Below the pieces are notes generated by a model, which worked only from the letters and a program-made list of their open reading frames with translations, was not told the DNA's origin and searched no databases. Positions 23,818-34,076 of a stretch of DNA of 64,000 nucleotides are shown in pieces. Within the stretch, counting starts at the first letter, position 1; the number at the start of each line of letters is the position of its first letter. This DNA comes from an uncultured Thermoplasmata archaeon. GTDB taxonomy: Archaea; Thermoplasmatota; Thermoplasmata; Lutacidiplasmatales; UBA184. The translations under genes and the position numbers were made by a program. The stretch covers positions 1,272,545 to 1,336,544 of the forward strand of contig OY970259.1 of the NCBI GenBank assembly GCA_963715645.1, given 5' to 3'.

Positions 23818-24550
23818 TGGGAAAGCGCATCATCTCCCGGCGGCGCGGGTCGGGCACCGCGACCTACCGCTCCCCGAGCCACCGCCACCACGGCGCCGAT
23901 CTACCACCCCTCCGCGGCATTGGTCGGCGAGGGGAGGGTCATCTCCATCGAGCAGGCTCCCGGACGGAGCGCGCCCGTTGCCGAGGTCGCGGCGCCCGAC
24001 GGCAGGACGGTCCGGATTCTCGCCCCAGCGGGTCTCGCCACGGGCGATACCGTCGCGTTCCACGAAGGCAAGGTCGACCGCGGGTCCATCCTCCCGCTCG
24101 CGAAGATCCCCGACGGCACCCTCGTCTCCAACATCGAGGTCAAACCGTTCGACGGCGGACGCCTCGTCCGCTCGGCGGGCGCCAGCGCGCTCGTCGACCG
24201 CCCACGCGGGCGGGGAGGTCACGATCCAGCTCCCGTCCGGGGAGTTCAAGCGGTTCCTCGACACCTGCCGCGCCGAGGTCGGCGCGGTGGGCGGAAGCGG
24301 ACGGCTCGAGCGCCCGATCATCAAGGCCGGGAAGAAGGTCTGGGCGACGCGCTCGCTCGCGCGCGCGGCGTTCAAGGTCCGCGGGGTGGCGATGAACCCG
24401 GTCAACCACCCGTTCGGCGGAGGAGCGCACCAGCACGTCGGCCGGCCGAGCACGGTCTCGAGCGGCACCTGGCCGGGCGCCAAGGTCGGCCGATTCTCCC
24501 GCTCCATCCGCAAGAAGCGGCGGCTGGACCGCGAGCGAGGAGGGTCCTGA
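23817..24550 (+). pseudogene. rpl2: 50S ribosomal protein L2 (uL2), 2 frame breaks
   Basis: MGKRIISRRRGSGTATYRSPSHRH.., ..GEGRVISIEQAPGRSAPVAEV.., ..VRGVAMNPVNHPFGGGAHQHVGRPSTV... Confidence 0.92.
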
Positions 24551-24979
24551 TGCCGAAGGGGCGACGGACGAAGAAGGTGGAGGCCCGCCGCAAGCGGGAG
24601 TTCACCTACCGCGGCCTCACCTTACCCGACCTCCAGAAGCTCAGCCTCGAGGAGTTCGCGAAGATCGTCGACCGCCCGGGCCCGCCGCTCGATCCGTCGT
24701 GGGTTCAACACCGAAACGACGCGCTTCTTCGAACGGATGCGCGAGGTCCCCGTCGGGAAGGTCGTCCGGACCCACTGTCCGCGACGCGCTCGATCCTCCC
24801 CGAACACGTCGGCCGCCGCGTCGCGATCCACACGGGCAAGGAGTTCAAGGAGATCGAGGTCCGGCCCGAGATGATCGGCCACTACTACGGGCGAGTTCGC
24901 GCTCACCCGCAGGTTCGAGAAGCACTCGGGACCCGGGGTCGGGGCGACGCGGTCGTCGAAGTTCATGCCGCTGAAGTGA
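24550..24979 (+). pseudogene. rps19: 30S ribosomal protein S19 (uS19), frame breaks
   Basis: MPKGRRTKKVEARRKREFTYRGLTL.., ..[33 protein letters not shown]... Stop TGA 24977-24979. Confidence 0.88.
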
Positions 24980-24991
24980 GGGAGGTCGGCG

Positions 24992-25453
24992 ATGCGAGGC
25001 TACACCTATCAGCACGAAGCCGGGCCTCGCCGTTGCCCGGTCGCGTGGGTCGAGATCCCGATGTCGCCGAAGAAGACCTACGAGGTCCTGAACGCGATTC
25101 GGGGCCTCCCGCTCGACCGCGCCGAGACCTTCCTCGAGGAGGTCATCGCGCTCAAGCCGCGCCGTCCCGTTCCGCCGCTACAACCAGGAGACCGCCCACA
25201 AGAAGGGGATCGGTCCGGGACGCTATCCCGAAGAAGGTCGCGAAGAACGTCCTCCAGCTCCTCCAGAACGCCGAGCGAGAACGCGGAGTACGAGGGGCTC
25301 GACGCCGACCGGCTGTTCATCAAGGTCGCCGCAAGCGCCCGAGGCCGGATCCGCAAGGCGACCATGCCCCGGGCCCACGGCCGCGGCACCGCCTGGAACG
25401 AACAGACGACGAACGTGGAGCTCGTCCTGGCCGAGCGTAAGGAGAAGGAATGA
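24992..25453 (+). pseudogene. rpl22: 50S ribosomal protein L22 (uL22), frame breaks
   Basis: ..SPKKTYEVLNAIRGLPLDRAETFLEEVIALK.., ..NAEYEGLDADRLFIKVAASARGRIRKATMPRAHGRGTAWNEQTTNVELVLAE... Confidence 0.88.
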
Positions 25454-26151
25454 GCTCCGAACGGAAGGTGATCCAGGAAGCGACCCGCCGCGTGCTCCTG
25501 AAGGACTTCCTCGTGCAGGAGAGCGCGCGGGCCGGGTTCGGCGGGCTCGACATCACCCGCACCCCGATGGGCACCCGCGTCACGCTCATCTGCGAGCGGC
25601 CCGGGATCCTGATCGGCCATCGCGGCGAGCTCATCAAGCGCCTCACCGAGGACATCCATGCCCGTTTCCAGCTCGACAACCCCCAGATCGAGGTCCAGGA
25701 GGAGCGCGCGCCGAGCTTGAACGCCCAGCTGATGAGCGAGAAGCTCGCCTCGACCCTGGAGCGGGGCTGGCACTTCCGCCGCGCCGGGCACTCGACCGTC
25801 CGCCGGATCATGGAGGCCGGTGCGCGGGGCTGTCAGGTCATCCTCTCGGGGAAGCTGACCGGGGAGCGCCACCGAACGGAGCGGTTCAAGGCCGGCACGA
25901 TCAAGTACTGCGGCGAGGCCGTACATCTCTGGGTCGACAAGGGGTTCTACCAGGCACGCCTCAAGCCCGGCGTCATCGGCGTCAGCGTCTGGATCATGAA
26001 GGCGAACTCGAAGCTCCCGGACGAGATCGTCGTAAAGGGCGCCGAGGCGCGACCGGCTCCCGTCATCGAGCTCCCGCCCGTGGAAGAGGAGGGAGCGGTG
26101 GCGGTGGACGTCCCCGCCGTGCCCGGCATCCTCCCGCCCGAGGGCCTGTGA
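25450..26151 (+). CDS. rps3: 30S ribosomal protein S3 (uS3)
   Basis: Intact 233 aa. KH domain ..GFGGLDITRTPMGTRVTLICERPGILIG.., ..ILSGKLTGERHRTERFKAGT... Confidence 0.95.
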   Translation: MSSERKVIQEATRRVLLKDFLVQESARAGFGGLDITRTPMGTRVTLICERPGILIGHRGELIKRLTEDIHARFQLDNPQIEVQEERAPSLNAQLMSEKLASTLERGWHFRRAGHSTVRRIMEAGARGCQVILSGKLTGERHRTERFKAGTIKYCGEAVHLWVDKGFYQARLKPGVIGVSVWIMKANSKLPDEIVVKGAEARPAPVIELPPVEEEGAVAVDVPAVPGILPPEGL

Positions 26152-26376
26152 CGCTGCTTCGGATGAAGGACCTGCGGGCCCTCTCCGATGAGGACCTCCG
26201 ACCGCCGGATCGCCGAGACCGAGAACGACCTTCTGCGCGAGCGCGGGATCGCCGCGATGGGCGGTGCCCCACCGAGCCCGGGCCGCATGCGAGCGCTCCG
26301 GACGAACGTGGCCCGTTCGCTCACGGTCCTCAGCGAGCGCGAGATCGCCGCGCGCCGGGGCCAGGCCATCGCCTGA
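26148..26376 (+). pseudogene. rpl29: 50S ribosomal protein L29 (uL29), one frame break near 26200
   Basis: MTLLRMKDLRALSDEDL then ..RRIAETENDLLRERGIAAMGGAPPSPGRMRALRTNVARSLTVLSERE... Confidence 0.88.
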
Positions 26377-26393
26377 CCTGAGGGGAGGGACGG

Positions 26394-26718
26394 ATGTCGC
26401 AGACGGGGAACCTTACCGGCCTATCTCCTTCGGACCGCCTCGCCTACGCGGGGGAGGTCATCGGGGCCCCGGTACGGATCCCCGCCTCCCCCGCGCTCCG
26501 CGCCGCGGTCGACGGGGTCATTGTGGATGAGACGCTCTCCCTCCTTCGCGTCCGCGTACCGGGGCGGTCCCAGCCCCTCTCCGTCCCGAAGTCGGCCCTC
26601 TCGGGAACGATCCTCCTCGGTGGACGAGAGTTACCGTTAAGAGGCGGAGGCCCTTCGCGTGCGACCCGAGGACCGCACGAAGCGGCTCTTGACCGGTGGT
26701 CCTCGGAGGTTCCGATGA
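26394..26718 (+). pseudogene. rnp1: RNase P protein component 1 (Rpp29/Pop4), one frame break near 26640
   Basis: ..GEVIGAPVRI..DGVIVDETLSLLRVRVPG..SVPKS.. then ..EALRVRPEDRTKRLL... Sits in the conserved position between rpl29 and rps17. Confidence 0.8.
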
Positions 26719-27143
26719 GCCCAACACGTACGCCGTCCGCTCGCCGCGCCCGGGACATCGGTCTCGACGTCCGGGCGCCGAAGAGCACGGTGCGACGATC
26801 GCCACTGCCCCTTCCACGGCCGGCTACCCGTGCGGGGCCAGGTCTCGAGGGGACCGTCGTCTCGACGGCGATGCAGCGGACCGCGGTCGTCGAGCGTACC
26901 CTCCTTCACTTCGTCCCTAAGTACGAGCGCTACGAGAAGCGGCGGCGCCGGTACCTCGCGCACGCTCCGCCCTGCCTGCACGTCCCCGTGGGCCATCGGG
27001 TGCGGATCGCCGAGACCCGCCCGCTCTCCAAGCTCGTCTCGTTCTGCATCGTCGAGGACCTCGGCGAGGCGGCCCTACGGGTCAGCGGGGAGGATGCGAC
27101 CCCCCTGCCGAGCCGCCCCGTTGCGGCGGGAGAAAAGGCATGA
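26715..27143 (+). pseudogene. rps17: 30S ribosomal protein S17 (uS17), compensating pair of frame breaks (about 26783 and 26843)
   Basis: ..DIGLDVRAPKST / CDDRHCPFHGRLPVRGQV / [40 protein letters not shown]... ATGA overlap with rnp1. Confidence 0.88.
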
Positions 27144-27538
27144 AGGGGCTGGCGGGGCGTCGGGGACGGGGACTGCCGAAGGGCGCCCGGCTCGACTGCG
27201 TGGACAACACCGGGGCGAAGGTCGTCGAGATCATCGCCGTCCGGAACTGGCACGGGACCCACCGCCGCTACCCCCGGGCGGGGATCGCCGACCTCATCAT
27301 CGTCTCGGTCAAGAAGGGCACGCCGGAGATGCGACGCCAGGTGCTGCACGCCGTGATCGTTCGGTCGCGGTTTGCCCTGCGCCGCCCGGACGGGACGCGC
27401 CTTCAGTTCGAGGACAACGCCGCGGTCATCACGACCGAGACCGGCGAGTTGAAGGGGTCGCAGATCAAGGGTCCGGTGGCGAAGGAGGCCGCCGAGCGAT
27501 GGCCGCGGGTCGCGGCCGCGTCGTCGATCATCATCTAG
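27140..27538 (+). CDS. rpl14: 50S ribosomal protein L14 (uL14)
   Basis: Intact 132 aa. ..[17 protein letters not shown].., ..[26 protein letters not shown]... Confidence 0.95.
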   Translation: MKGLAGRRGRGLPKGARLDCVDNTGAKVVEIIAVRNWHGTHRRYPRAGIADLIIVSVKKGTPEMRRQVLHAVIVRSRFALRRPDGTRLQFEDNAAVITTETGELKGSQIKGPVAKEAAERWPRVAAASSIII

Positions 27539-27549
27539 GAGGAGCGACG

Positions 27550-28146
27550 ATGACGATCGTCTCCCCACTCACCCCGCCGCCAGCGCCGGGCGGTCTACAC
27601 TGCGACCACCTTCGAGCGTCGGCTCCGGATGACCGTGCCCCTCTCGCGCGAGCTCCGCGGCTCGGTTCCACCGACGCTCGGTCCCGGTCCGGAAGGGCGA
27701 CACCGTCCGGGTGATGAAGGGGAGCTATCGTCGGCCGCGAAGAGCGGGTCGCGAAGGTCGACCGACGCGGCTACACGGTCACGCTCGACAACGTTACGCT
27801 CAAGACCGGCGAGGAGAAGCTCAAGCCGCTGCCGATCCGGACGAACCACCTCCTGCTGGTCCGCCTGAACCTCGGAGACGCCTGGCGACGCCGAAGCGCT
27901 TCGGGTGAGCGCGGAGGAGCTCACCCCTGAGGAGCGTGGCGAGGTCCCTGAGAGCGAGGCGGCCGCCGAGCCGGCCCTCCCCTCGCCGTCGACGCCTCGG
28001 CGACCGACACGATCGACGCGAACGGCGACGCGGAGACGGACCCCATCCCCGACCCGAAGTCCGCGCCCCTCGCGGCGAAGCCGCCGGCCAAACGTTCCCG
28101 TCGGGCGAAGGCGGCACCCCCGCCGGAGGCGGAGGCCGACGCATGA
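27550..28146 (+). pseudogene. rpl24: 50S ribosomal protein L24 (uL24) with an apparent low-complexity C-terminal extension, frame breaks
   Basis: GGAGG 6 nt upstream of the ATG. ..VPLSRELR.., KOW ..KGDTVRVMKGSY.., ..VTLDNVTLKTGEEKLKPLPIRTNHLLLVRLNL... Then about 240 nt read as ..DASATDTIDANGDAETDPIPDPKSAPLAAKPPAKRSRRAKAAPPPEAEADA, ending in an ATGA overlap with rps4e. Confidence 0.7.
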
Positions 28147-28865
28147 CGTTCCGGCTCAAGCGCGGCGCGGCGCCCCGCAGCGTGGACGATCCCCCGCAAG
28201 GGGACGAAATGGGTGAAGCGGCCCGGGCCCGGCCCCCATGCGCAGGCCCAGTCCATTCCGCTCCAGATCGTGCTCCGCGACATCCTCCAGATCGCGCGCA
28301 GTGCACGCGAGGCCCGCATCCTCGCCCGGTCGGGCCACGTGCGGGTCGACGGCCAGGTCGTCAGGGACCTCGACCGGGGGCTCGGCCTCATGGACACCCT
28401 CTCCCTCGCCGCCCCGCTCGATGCCCACTACCGGATGGTGAAGGACCGCCGCGGCAAGCTCACCCTCGTCGAAGATCCCGTCCCCCGAGGCGGGGGTGAA
28501 GCTCGGCCGGGTCCGCTTCAAGCACGCGGTCCCGTGCGGGCCGAGTCGAGGTCACGCTCCACGACGGCCGCAACCTGCTCGTGGCCGCCTCCACCCCGTA
28601 CCGGGTGGGAGACTCCGTCAAGATCGAGGTCCCGACCCAGAAGGTCGTCGACCACTACAAGCTCGCTCCCGGCGCTGCTCGCTTACGTGGCAGGGGGCTC
28701 GCACGTGGGCCAGCTCGCCCGGGTCGAACGGGTCGAGGTCCGGAACTCCTCCCAGCCGAACCTCGTTCACTTTCAAGGAAGGGTTCTCCACGACCAAGGA
28801 GTACGTCTTCGTCGTCGGACAGAACGCGCCCGAGGTCACCCTCGTCGGAAGGGGTGGACCGATGA
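28143..28865 (+). pseudogene. rps4e: 30S ribosomal protein S4e (eS4), frame breaks
   Basis: ..WVKRPGPGPHAQAQSIPLQIVLRDILQIARSAREARIL..VRVDGQVVRDLDRGLGLMDTLSL.., ..YRVGDSVKIEVPTQKVVDHYKL.., ..GSHVGQLARVERVEV... Confidence 0.88.
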
Positions 28866-29434
28866 GCGCACCCGAGTCGACCGCTCCCGCCGCCGCCGCA
28901 GCCCCTCCCGCGACGCCTCTGGCGACCGGGATGAGGGCCATCCGCGTCATCAAGATCGTCGTCAACAGCGGGGTCGGCGAGTCCGGCGAGGCGCGCACGA
29001 AGGCCGAGAAGGTCCTCCAGATGGTCACGCATCAGAAGCCCGTCGCGACGCGGGCCCATTCCACGAACCGCGACTTCGGGATCCGGCAGGGCCAGGAGAT
29101 CGGAGCGAAGGTGACCCTTCGGGGGAGCGCCGCCGTCGACTTCCTCCGGCGTGCGTTCGAGGCGCGGGACCGCCAGCTCGACGCCGAGTCGATCGACCGG
29201 AACGGGAACTTCTCCTTCGGGATCGCCGACTACACCGACTTTGCCGGGCATGAAGTACGACCCGGCGATCGGCATCCACGGCATGGACGTCGCGGTCGAG
29301 CTCGGTCGCGCCGGCTACCGGGTTCGGAACCGGCGGGTCGCAGTCCCGCCCGATCCCGCCCGGCGCTCCGTTCCACTCGGGAGGAGACCCGAGCCTTCCT
29401 CACCAGTGCCTTCGGGGTCACGCTGCTCGATTAA
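28862..29434 (+). pseudogene. rpl5: 50S ribosomal protein L5 (uL5), frame breaks; alternative start near 28931
   Basis: ..MRAIRVIKIVVNSGVGESGE.., ..[15 protein letters not shown].., ..[14 protein letters not shown] / [20 protein letters not shown].., ..[19 protein letters not shown]. Confidence 0.88.
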
Positions 29435-29444
29435 CGGAGGTCCG

Positions 29445-29591
29445 ATGAAACCGAAGAAGTTGTTCGGGAGGAAGGTCGGCTGCCTCCGGTGCGACCGCAA
29501 GCGCGGGATCGTACGGCGGTACGGCCTCCACCTGTGTCGCCAGTGTTTCCGCGAAGTCGCGGTGGACCTCGGGTTCCAGAAGTACCAGTAG
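29445..29591 (+). CDS. rps14: 30S ribosomal protein S14 type Z (uS14)
   Basis: Intact 48 aa. [48 protein letters not shown]. Confidence 0.93.
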   Translation: MKPKKLFGRKVGCLRCDRKRGIVRRYGLHLCRQCFREVAVDLGFQKYQ

Positions 29592-29603
29592 GGAGGTTCC
29601 TCG

Positions 29604-29995
29604 ATGCAGCAAGACCTACTCAACGATGCGCTCGTCACCCTCCGTCACGCCGATCAAGAGGGGAAACCGACGGCCGAGCTCCGCCCCGACCTCCCGTCTG
29701 ATCGCCGAGGTCCTCAGGATCTTCCGCGAGCACCAGTACATCGAGGAGTTCACCTTCGTCGCGAACGGACGTGGTGGCCAGTACGACGTGAAGCTCGCCC
29801 GCCGGATCAACTCCTGCGGCGTCATCAAGCCCCGGATCTCGGTGCCGTACGACCGCCTCGAGCGGTACGAGGCGCGGTTCCTCCCGGCCCAGGACTTCGG
29901 CATCCTCGTCCTCTCCACCAACCAGGGGGTCGTCTCGCCACCGCGAGGCCCGCGAGAAGAAGATCGGAGGTCGGCTGCTCGCCTATGTCTACTGA
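29604..29995 (+). pseudogene. rps8: 30S ribosomal protein S8 (uS8), 2 frame breaks
   Basis: MQQDLLNDALVTLRHADQEGK.., ..RLIAEVLRIFREHQYIEEFTFV..VIKPRISV.., ..GILVLSTNQGVV.., ..KKIGGRLLAYVY stop. Confidence 0.9.
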
Positions 29996-30555
29996 GCGAG
30001 ACGCGCACCAGCGCTGCCGTCGACGTCCCGAAGGGCGTCAGCTTTACGGTCCGGCGGCCGCCACCTGCTCGCGAAGGGGCCGCTCGGCACCGTCGAGCGC
30101 CCGTTCCCCTCGGACGTCGTCGAGCTGAAGGTCGCGGGGGCCCAGCTCACGCTCACCCTCCTTCTCGCGCCCGGCCGCAAGGCGCTCCCAGGCGCTCCTC
30201 GGGACCTGGGCCGCGCACGTCCGCAACCTGCGGACGGGGCCTCACTCTCGGGGTGGAGGCCAAGATGAAGGTCGTCGCCGCCCACTTCCCGATGAAGGTC
30301 GCGGTGAAGGGGGACGAGCTGCGTCATCGAGAACTTCCTCGGCGAGAAGCACCCCCGGACCTCCCACCTGGTCCGCGGGACGAAGGCCCACGGTCGAGGG
30401 GGAGTTCGTTACCCTCTCCGGGACACGACGTCGAGCAGGTCGGCCAGAGCGCCGCCAACATCGAGCGGACGACCCGGATCCGCGACTACGACCCTCGGGT
30501 CTTCCAGGACGGCATCTACCTCATCGAACGCGCCCACTTCAAGGGGGCCGGCTGA
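29985..30555 (+). pseudogene. rpl6: 50S ribosomal protein L6 (uL6), frame breaks
   Basis: ..AAVDVPKGVSFTV.., ..MKVVAAHFPMKVAVKGDEL.., ..VEQVGQSAANIERTTRIRDYDPRVFQDGIYLIE... Confidence 0.88.
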
Positions 30556-31180
30556 TGGCCGAAGAATCCCCCCCGACCCCATCGAAGGCGCCGGACCCGG
30601 CGCCGCCCGCCGGCCCGGCCGCGCGCGACCGCCAAGAAGCCCGCCGAGGCGGCAGCTCCGGCGAAGAGCGGGGCCCTGCCGAAGGCGACACCCGCCACGG
30701 GGGCGACCGTCGAAAAGAAGGACAAGGAGAAGGAGGACGAGGAGACCGGGGCCCGCAAGCACCCGACCCTCCCCGCCGACACCCTGACGTTGCTGCGAGT
30801 CCGCGCGCACCCAACGGCGGCGTCAGCCGGTATTCGTACCGGCAGGCAGCGAACCGGTACTTCCGCATCGGGCGGGACGGCGCGTGGCGTCGTCCGCGGG
30901 GGCTGCAATCCAAGCAACGCCGCCACTACGGGTACCGCTCCCGAGATCGTCTCCATCGGATACGGCACCCCGACGCGGGTCCGTGGTCTCGCCCCGAGCG
31001 GCTACCGCCCCATGATCGTCCACAACGACCGCGGACCTCGAGGCGCTCGACCCGAAGGTCCAGGCCGCCATCATCGCCCGGACCGTCGGCACGCGCCGCC
31101 GGCTCGTGCTCGAAGAGACCGCGCAGAAGCTGGGCATCCGCGTGCTGAACCCGATCGCAGACCGACCGGAGGAGGAGTGA
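30555..31180 (+). pseudogene. rpl32e: 50S ribosomal protein L32e (eL32) with an Ala/Pro/Lys-rich N-terminal region, frame breaks
   Basis: ..RQAANRYFRIGRDGAWRRPRGLQSKQRRH.., ..IVSIGYGTPTRVRGLAPSGYRPMIVHN.., ..IARTVGTRRRLVLEETAQKLGIRVLNP... Confidence 0.88.
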
Positions 31181-31182
31181 CG

Positions 31183-31647
31183 ATGCCCGGACCTTTCGAA
31201 CCAGCGCCGTCTCGCCGCCGCGATCCTGAAGTGCGGGGAGGGCCGCGTCTGCATCGACCCCGCGAGCCAGGAGGAGCTCGCCGACGCGGTCACCCGCTCG
31301 GACATCCGCGGTGCGATCAAGGCGGGCGTCATCCGGCGCAAGCCCGTGATCAGGCACCTCCCGCGTCCGGGCACGACTGCCACGCCGCCGAGGTCGCCAA
31401 GGGCCGTCACCAGGGGCCCGGCTCCCGCCGGGGGACCCCCTCCTCCCGCGTGCCGCGCAAGGAACGATGGATCCGGCGGATCCGGGCCCAGCGGCAGCTG
31501 CTCGTAGAGCTCCGCGCCTCGAAGAAGATCCCGCCCTCGGTCTACCGGGAGTTCTACCGCCGCGCCAAGGGTGGCATGTTCCGCAGCCGCGCCCACCTTC
31601 TCTCAAACCTACGCCTCGCCGGCCACCTCAAGGAGGCCCCCGCATGA
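31183..31647 (+). pseudogene. rpl19e: 50S ribosomal protein L19e (eL19), frame breaks
   Basis: ..RRLAAAILKCGEGRVCIDP (frame-corrected).., ..RKERWIRRIRAQRQLLVELR..YREFYRRAKGGMFRS... Confidence 0.85.
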
Positions 31648-32182
31648 GCGACCGGTCCCCGCTATCGGGTCCACTTCCGGCGCCGCCGCGAGGGCGAGAC
31701 CGACTACCGGGTCCGCCTCCGTCTCCTCAAGTCCGGGACGCCTCGCGCCGTGGTCCGGCTTTCGGGCCGCCGAGTCCGAGTCTCTCTGGTCACGTTCGAC
31801 CCGGCCGGGGACCGCGTGCTCGCGAGCGCCGACTGCTGCCGAGCTCGGCGGGATCGACTTCCCGACCGCGAGCCTCGCCTCCACGCCCGCGGCCGTACCT
31901 TACCGCCTACCTCGCCGGCCTCCGGGCGAAGGCGAGCCGGCCAGGAGGAGGCGGTGCTCGACCTCGGGATCTGCGCCACCCGACCGTCGGGGGACGACTC
32001 TCGGCCGCGCTGAAGGGCCTGCTCGACTCCGGGCGTCGAGATCCCGCACGGGGAGGGGGGGTTCCCGACCGGCCGACCGCCTGAACGGGAGCGCACCTCC
32101 CGAAGCCCCTCCCTCAGCCCCTCGAGATCTACAAGCAGAAGCTCGCCGACGCTCGCGCCCACGTCCGGAGGCTACGCCATGA
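31644..32182 (+). pseudogene. rpl18: 50S ribosomal protein L18 (uL18), frame breaks
   Basis: Frame-corrected ..RYRVHFRRRREGETDYRVRLRLLKSGTPRAVVR.., ..TAYLAGLRAKA.., ..GGRLSAALKGLLDSG... ATGA overlaps at both ends. Confidence 0.85.
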
Positions 32183-33088
32183 GCGGTGCGGTGTCGGGTC
32201 CCCCGCGCGGGGGCCGGGCGGAGGCCCGGGGCCGCTCCCGCCCCGCCCCCGTGGGTCCCGAAGACCGAGCTCGGGCAAGAAGGTCGCGGCGGCGAGATCA
32301 CGACCATGAGCGAGGCGCTCGCGAGCGGCCTCCCGCTGCGGGAGCCGCCAGATCGTCGACAAGCTCCTCCCCGGTCTGCACGACGAGGTCCTCGACGTGA
32401 ACATGGTCCAGCGGATGACCGACTCGGGCCGCCGGTTCAAGTTCGCGGTCACGGTCGTCGTCGGCAACGGCGACGGGTTCGTCGGACTCGGTCGGGCGAA
32501 GGGCCGCGAGGTCGGACCGACAATCCGCCGGGCGATCGACCGGGCGAAGCTCGAGATCGTCGAGGTCCTGCGCGGCTGCGGCAGCTGGGAGTGCGGCTGC
32601 GGACGCTCGCACACGCTTCCCGTTCGAGGTCCAGGGCCGTTCGGGCTCGGTGGTCGTCACGTTCAAGCCGGCGCCCCGCGGGCGTGGGCCTCGCGGTCGG
32701 GGACGTGGCCAAGCCGATCCTCCGGTTCGCCGGCATCACCGACGCCTGGGGCTACACCGACGGCCACACGAAGACGACGGTCAACTACGCCCAGGCGGCG
32801 TACCGGCGCGCTCGTCGCCCTCGCGGAGCTCAAGGTTGCGCCCGCGGATGCCGAGCGCCTCAAGATCGTTCGCGGCCCGGTCGGCACCTCGATCCTCCCG
32901 CCCAAGGAGGAGGGGGCTCGCCCGATGGGCGGTCGCGGCCGCGGTCGCGGCCGGGGAGGCCCAGGCGGGGCGGACCCGGACGCGGGGGCCCCGGACGCGG
33001 CCCGCCCGGTCGGGGCCCGCCGGGCGGCGGTCCGCCGCCCGCCGGGCCGGGGTCCTCCCGCCGGCCCTCTTCCTCAGGAGGTGGCTAG
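32179..33088 (+). pseudogene. rps5: 30S ribosomal protein S5 (uS5) with a Gly/Arg/Pro-rich C-terminal tail, frame breaks
   Basis: ..WVPKTELG.., ..[58 protein letters not shown].., ..VTFKPAPRG.., ..[25 protein letters not shown]... Tail ..[14 protein letters not shown]...[15 protein letters not shown]... Confidence 0.88.
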
Positions 33089-33090
33089 CG

Positions 33091-33555
33091 ATGGCGTGGA
33101 TGGTCGTTCGTGTCCGCGGCACGATCCACGCCCGGCACGAGATCGTGGAGACGCTCCGGTTCCTCCACCTCACGCGGGCCGAACCATGCGACCGTGCTAC
33201 CGGAGGAGCCCTCGTACCAGCGGGATGCTCACCAGCGTCGCAGGGGTACATCACCTGGGGCGAGGCGGACCCCGAGACCGTCGGCCTCCTCCTCCACGAG
33301 CGGGGGGTGACCACGAGCGGCGCGAAGGTCACCGAAGCCACGCTCGGGAGCGCAGATCCCCGCGAAGGACCTCCCCGAGCTCACGCAGTCCGTCCTCACC
33401 GATGGGCTCCCGCCCGTCCGCGGGCTCCGTCCGCTGTTCCGCCTCAGGGCCCCGAAGGGAGGCTGGCGCTCGACCAAGAAGCCGTTCGCCCTCGGGGGCG
33501 CCCTCGGGCTACCGCGGCAAGGCGATCAACGACCTCGTCCGCAGGATGATCGTAG
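33091..33555 (+). pseudogene. rpl30: 50S ribosomal protein L30 (uL30), frame breaks; 3' end approximate
   Basis: [30 protein letters not shown].., ..[20 protein letters not shown].., ..[13 protein letters not shown]... Confidence 0.85.
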
Positions 33556-33564
33556 AGGGCCACG

Positions 33565-34049
33565 ATGCCGAGCCGCACGAAGAAGTTCCGGGGATTGCGC
33601 ACGCACGGTCGCGGCATCAAGGCGGGCCGCGGCGCGGGCAAGCAGGGGGGCCGCGGGAACGCCGGGCCTTCACAAGTACAAGTTCAAGTCGATGCTGATC
33701 TACGCGCCCGACCACTTCGGCCGCCACGGGTTCAAGCGCCCGCCCAAGATCGTGGCGCGCCCGACCGCCCTCAACGTCGGCGAGCTCGACTGCGTTCGTC
33801 CCGTGCCTCGAGGCGGCCGGCGCTCGCCCGGGTCGGCGAGACGTTCGTCGCGGACCTCGCGAAGGCGGGCGTCGACCGCCTCTTGGGTGGCGGGACGACC
33901 GAGCGGCCTGGCGGGTCGTACGTTCGCCACGCGACCAAGCATGCGGCGCGAGAAGGTCACGATCGCTGCCGGAGCCCCCGCCAGACCCGGCGGCGGCCAG
34001 GACCCTCCGGAAGCGACGACCCGAGCATCTCCGCCCGCAGACTATATAA
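33565..34049 (+). pseudogene. rpl15: 50S ribosomal protein L15 (uL15), frame breaks
   Basis: [34 protein letters not shown].., ..[33 protein letters not shown].., ..FVADLAKAGVDRLLGGG... The frame-3 stop TAA 34047-34049 lies inside TATATAAA. Confidence 0.85.
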
Positions 34050-34050
34050 A
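34043..34050 (+). promoter_or_regulatory. consensus-like TATA box 27-34 nt upstream of the ATG that opens the secY reading frame
   Basis: TATATAAA in a GC-rich context; ATG at 34077. Suggests an internal promoter for secY and downstream genes. Confidence 0.5.
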
Positions 34051-34076
34051 TCGGTCACCGGGTCCGAATCGACCTC

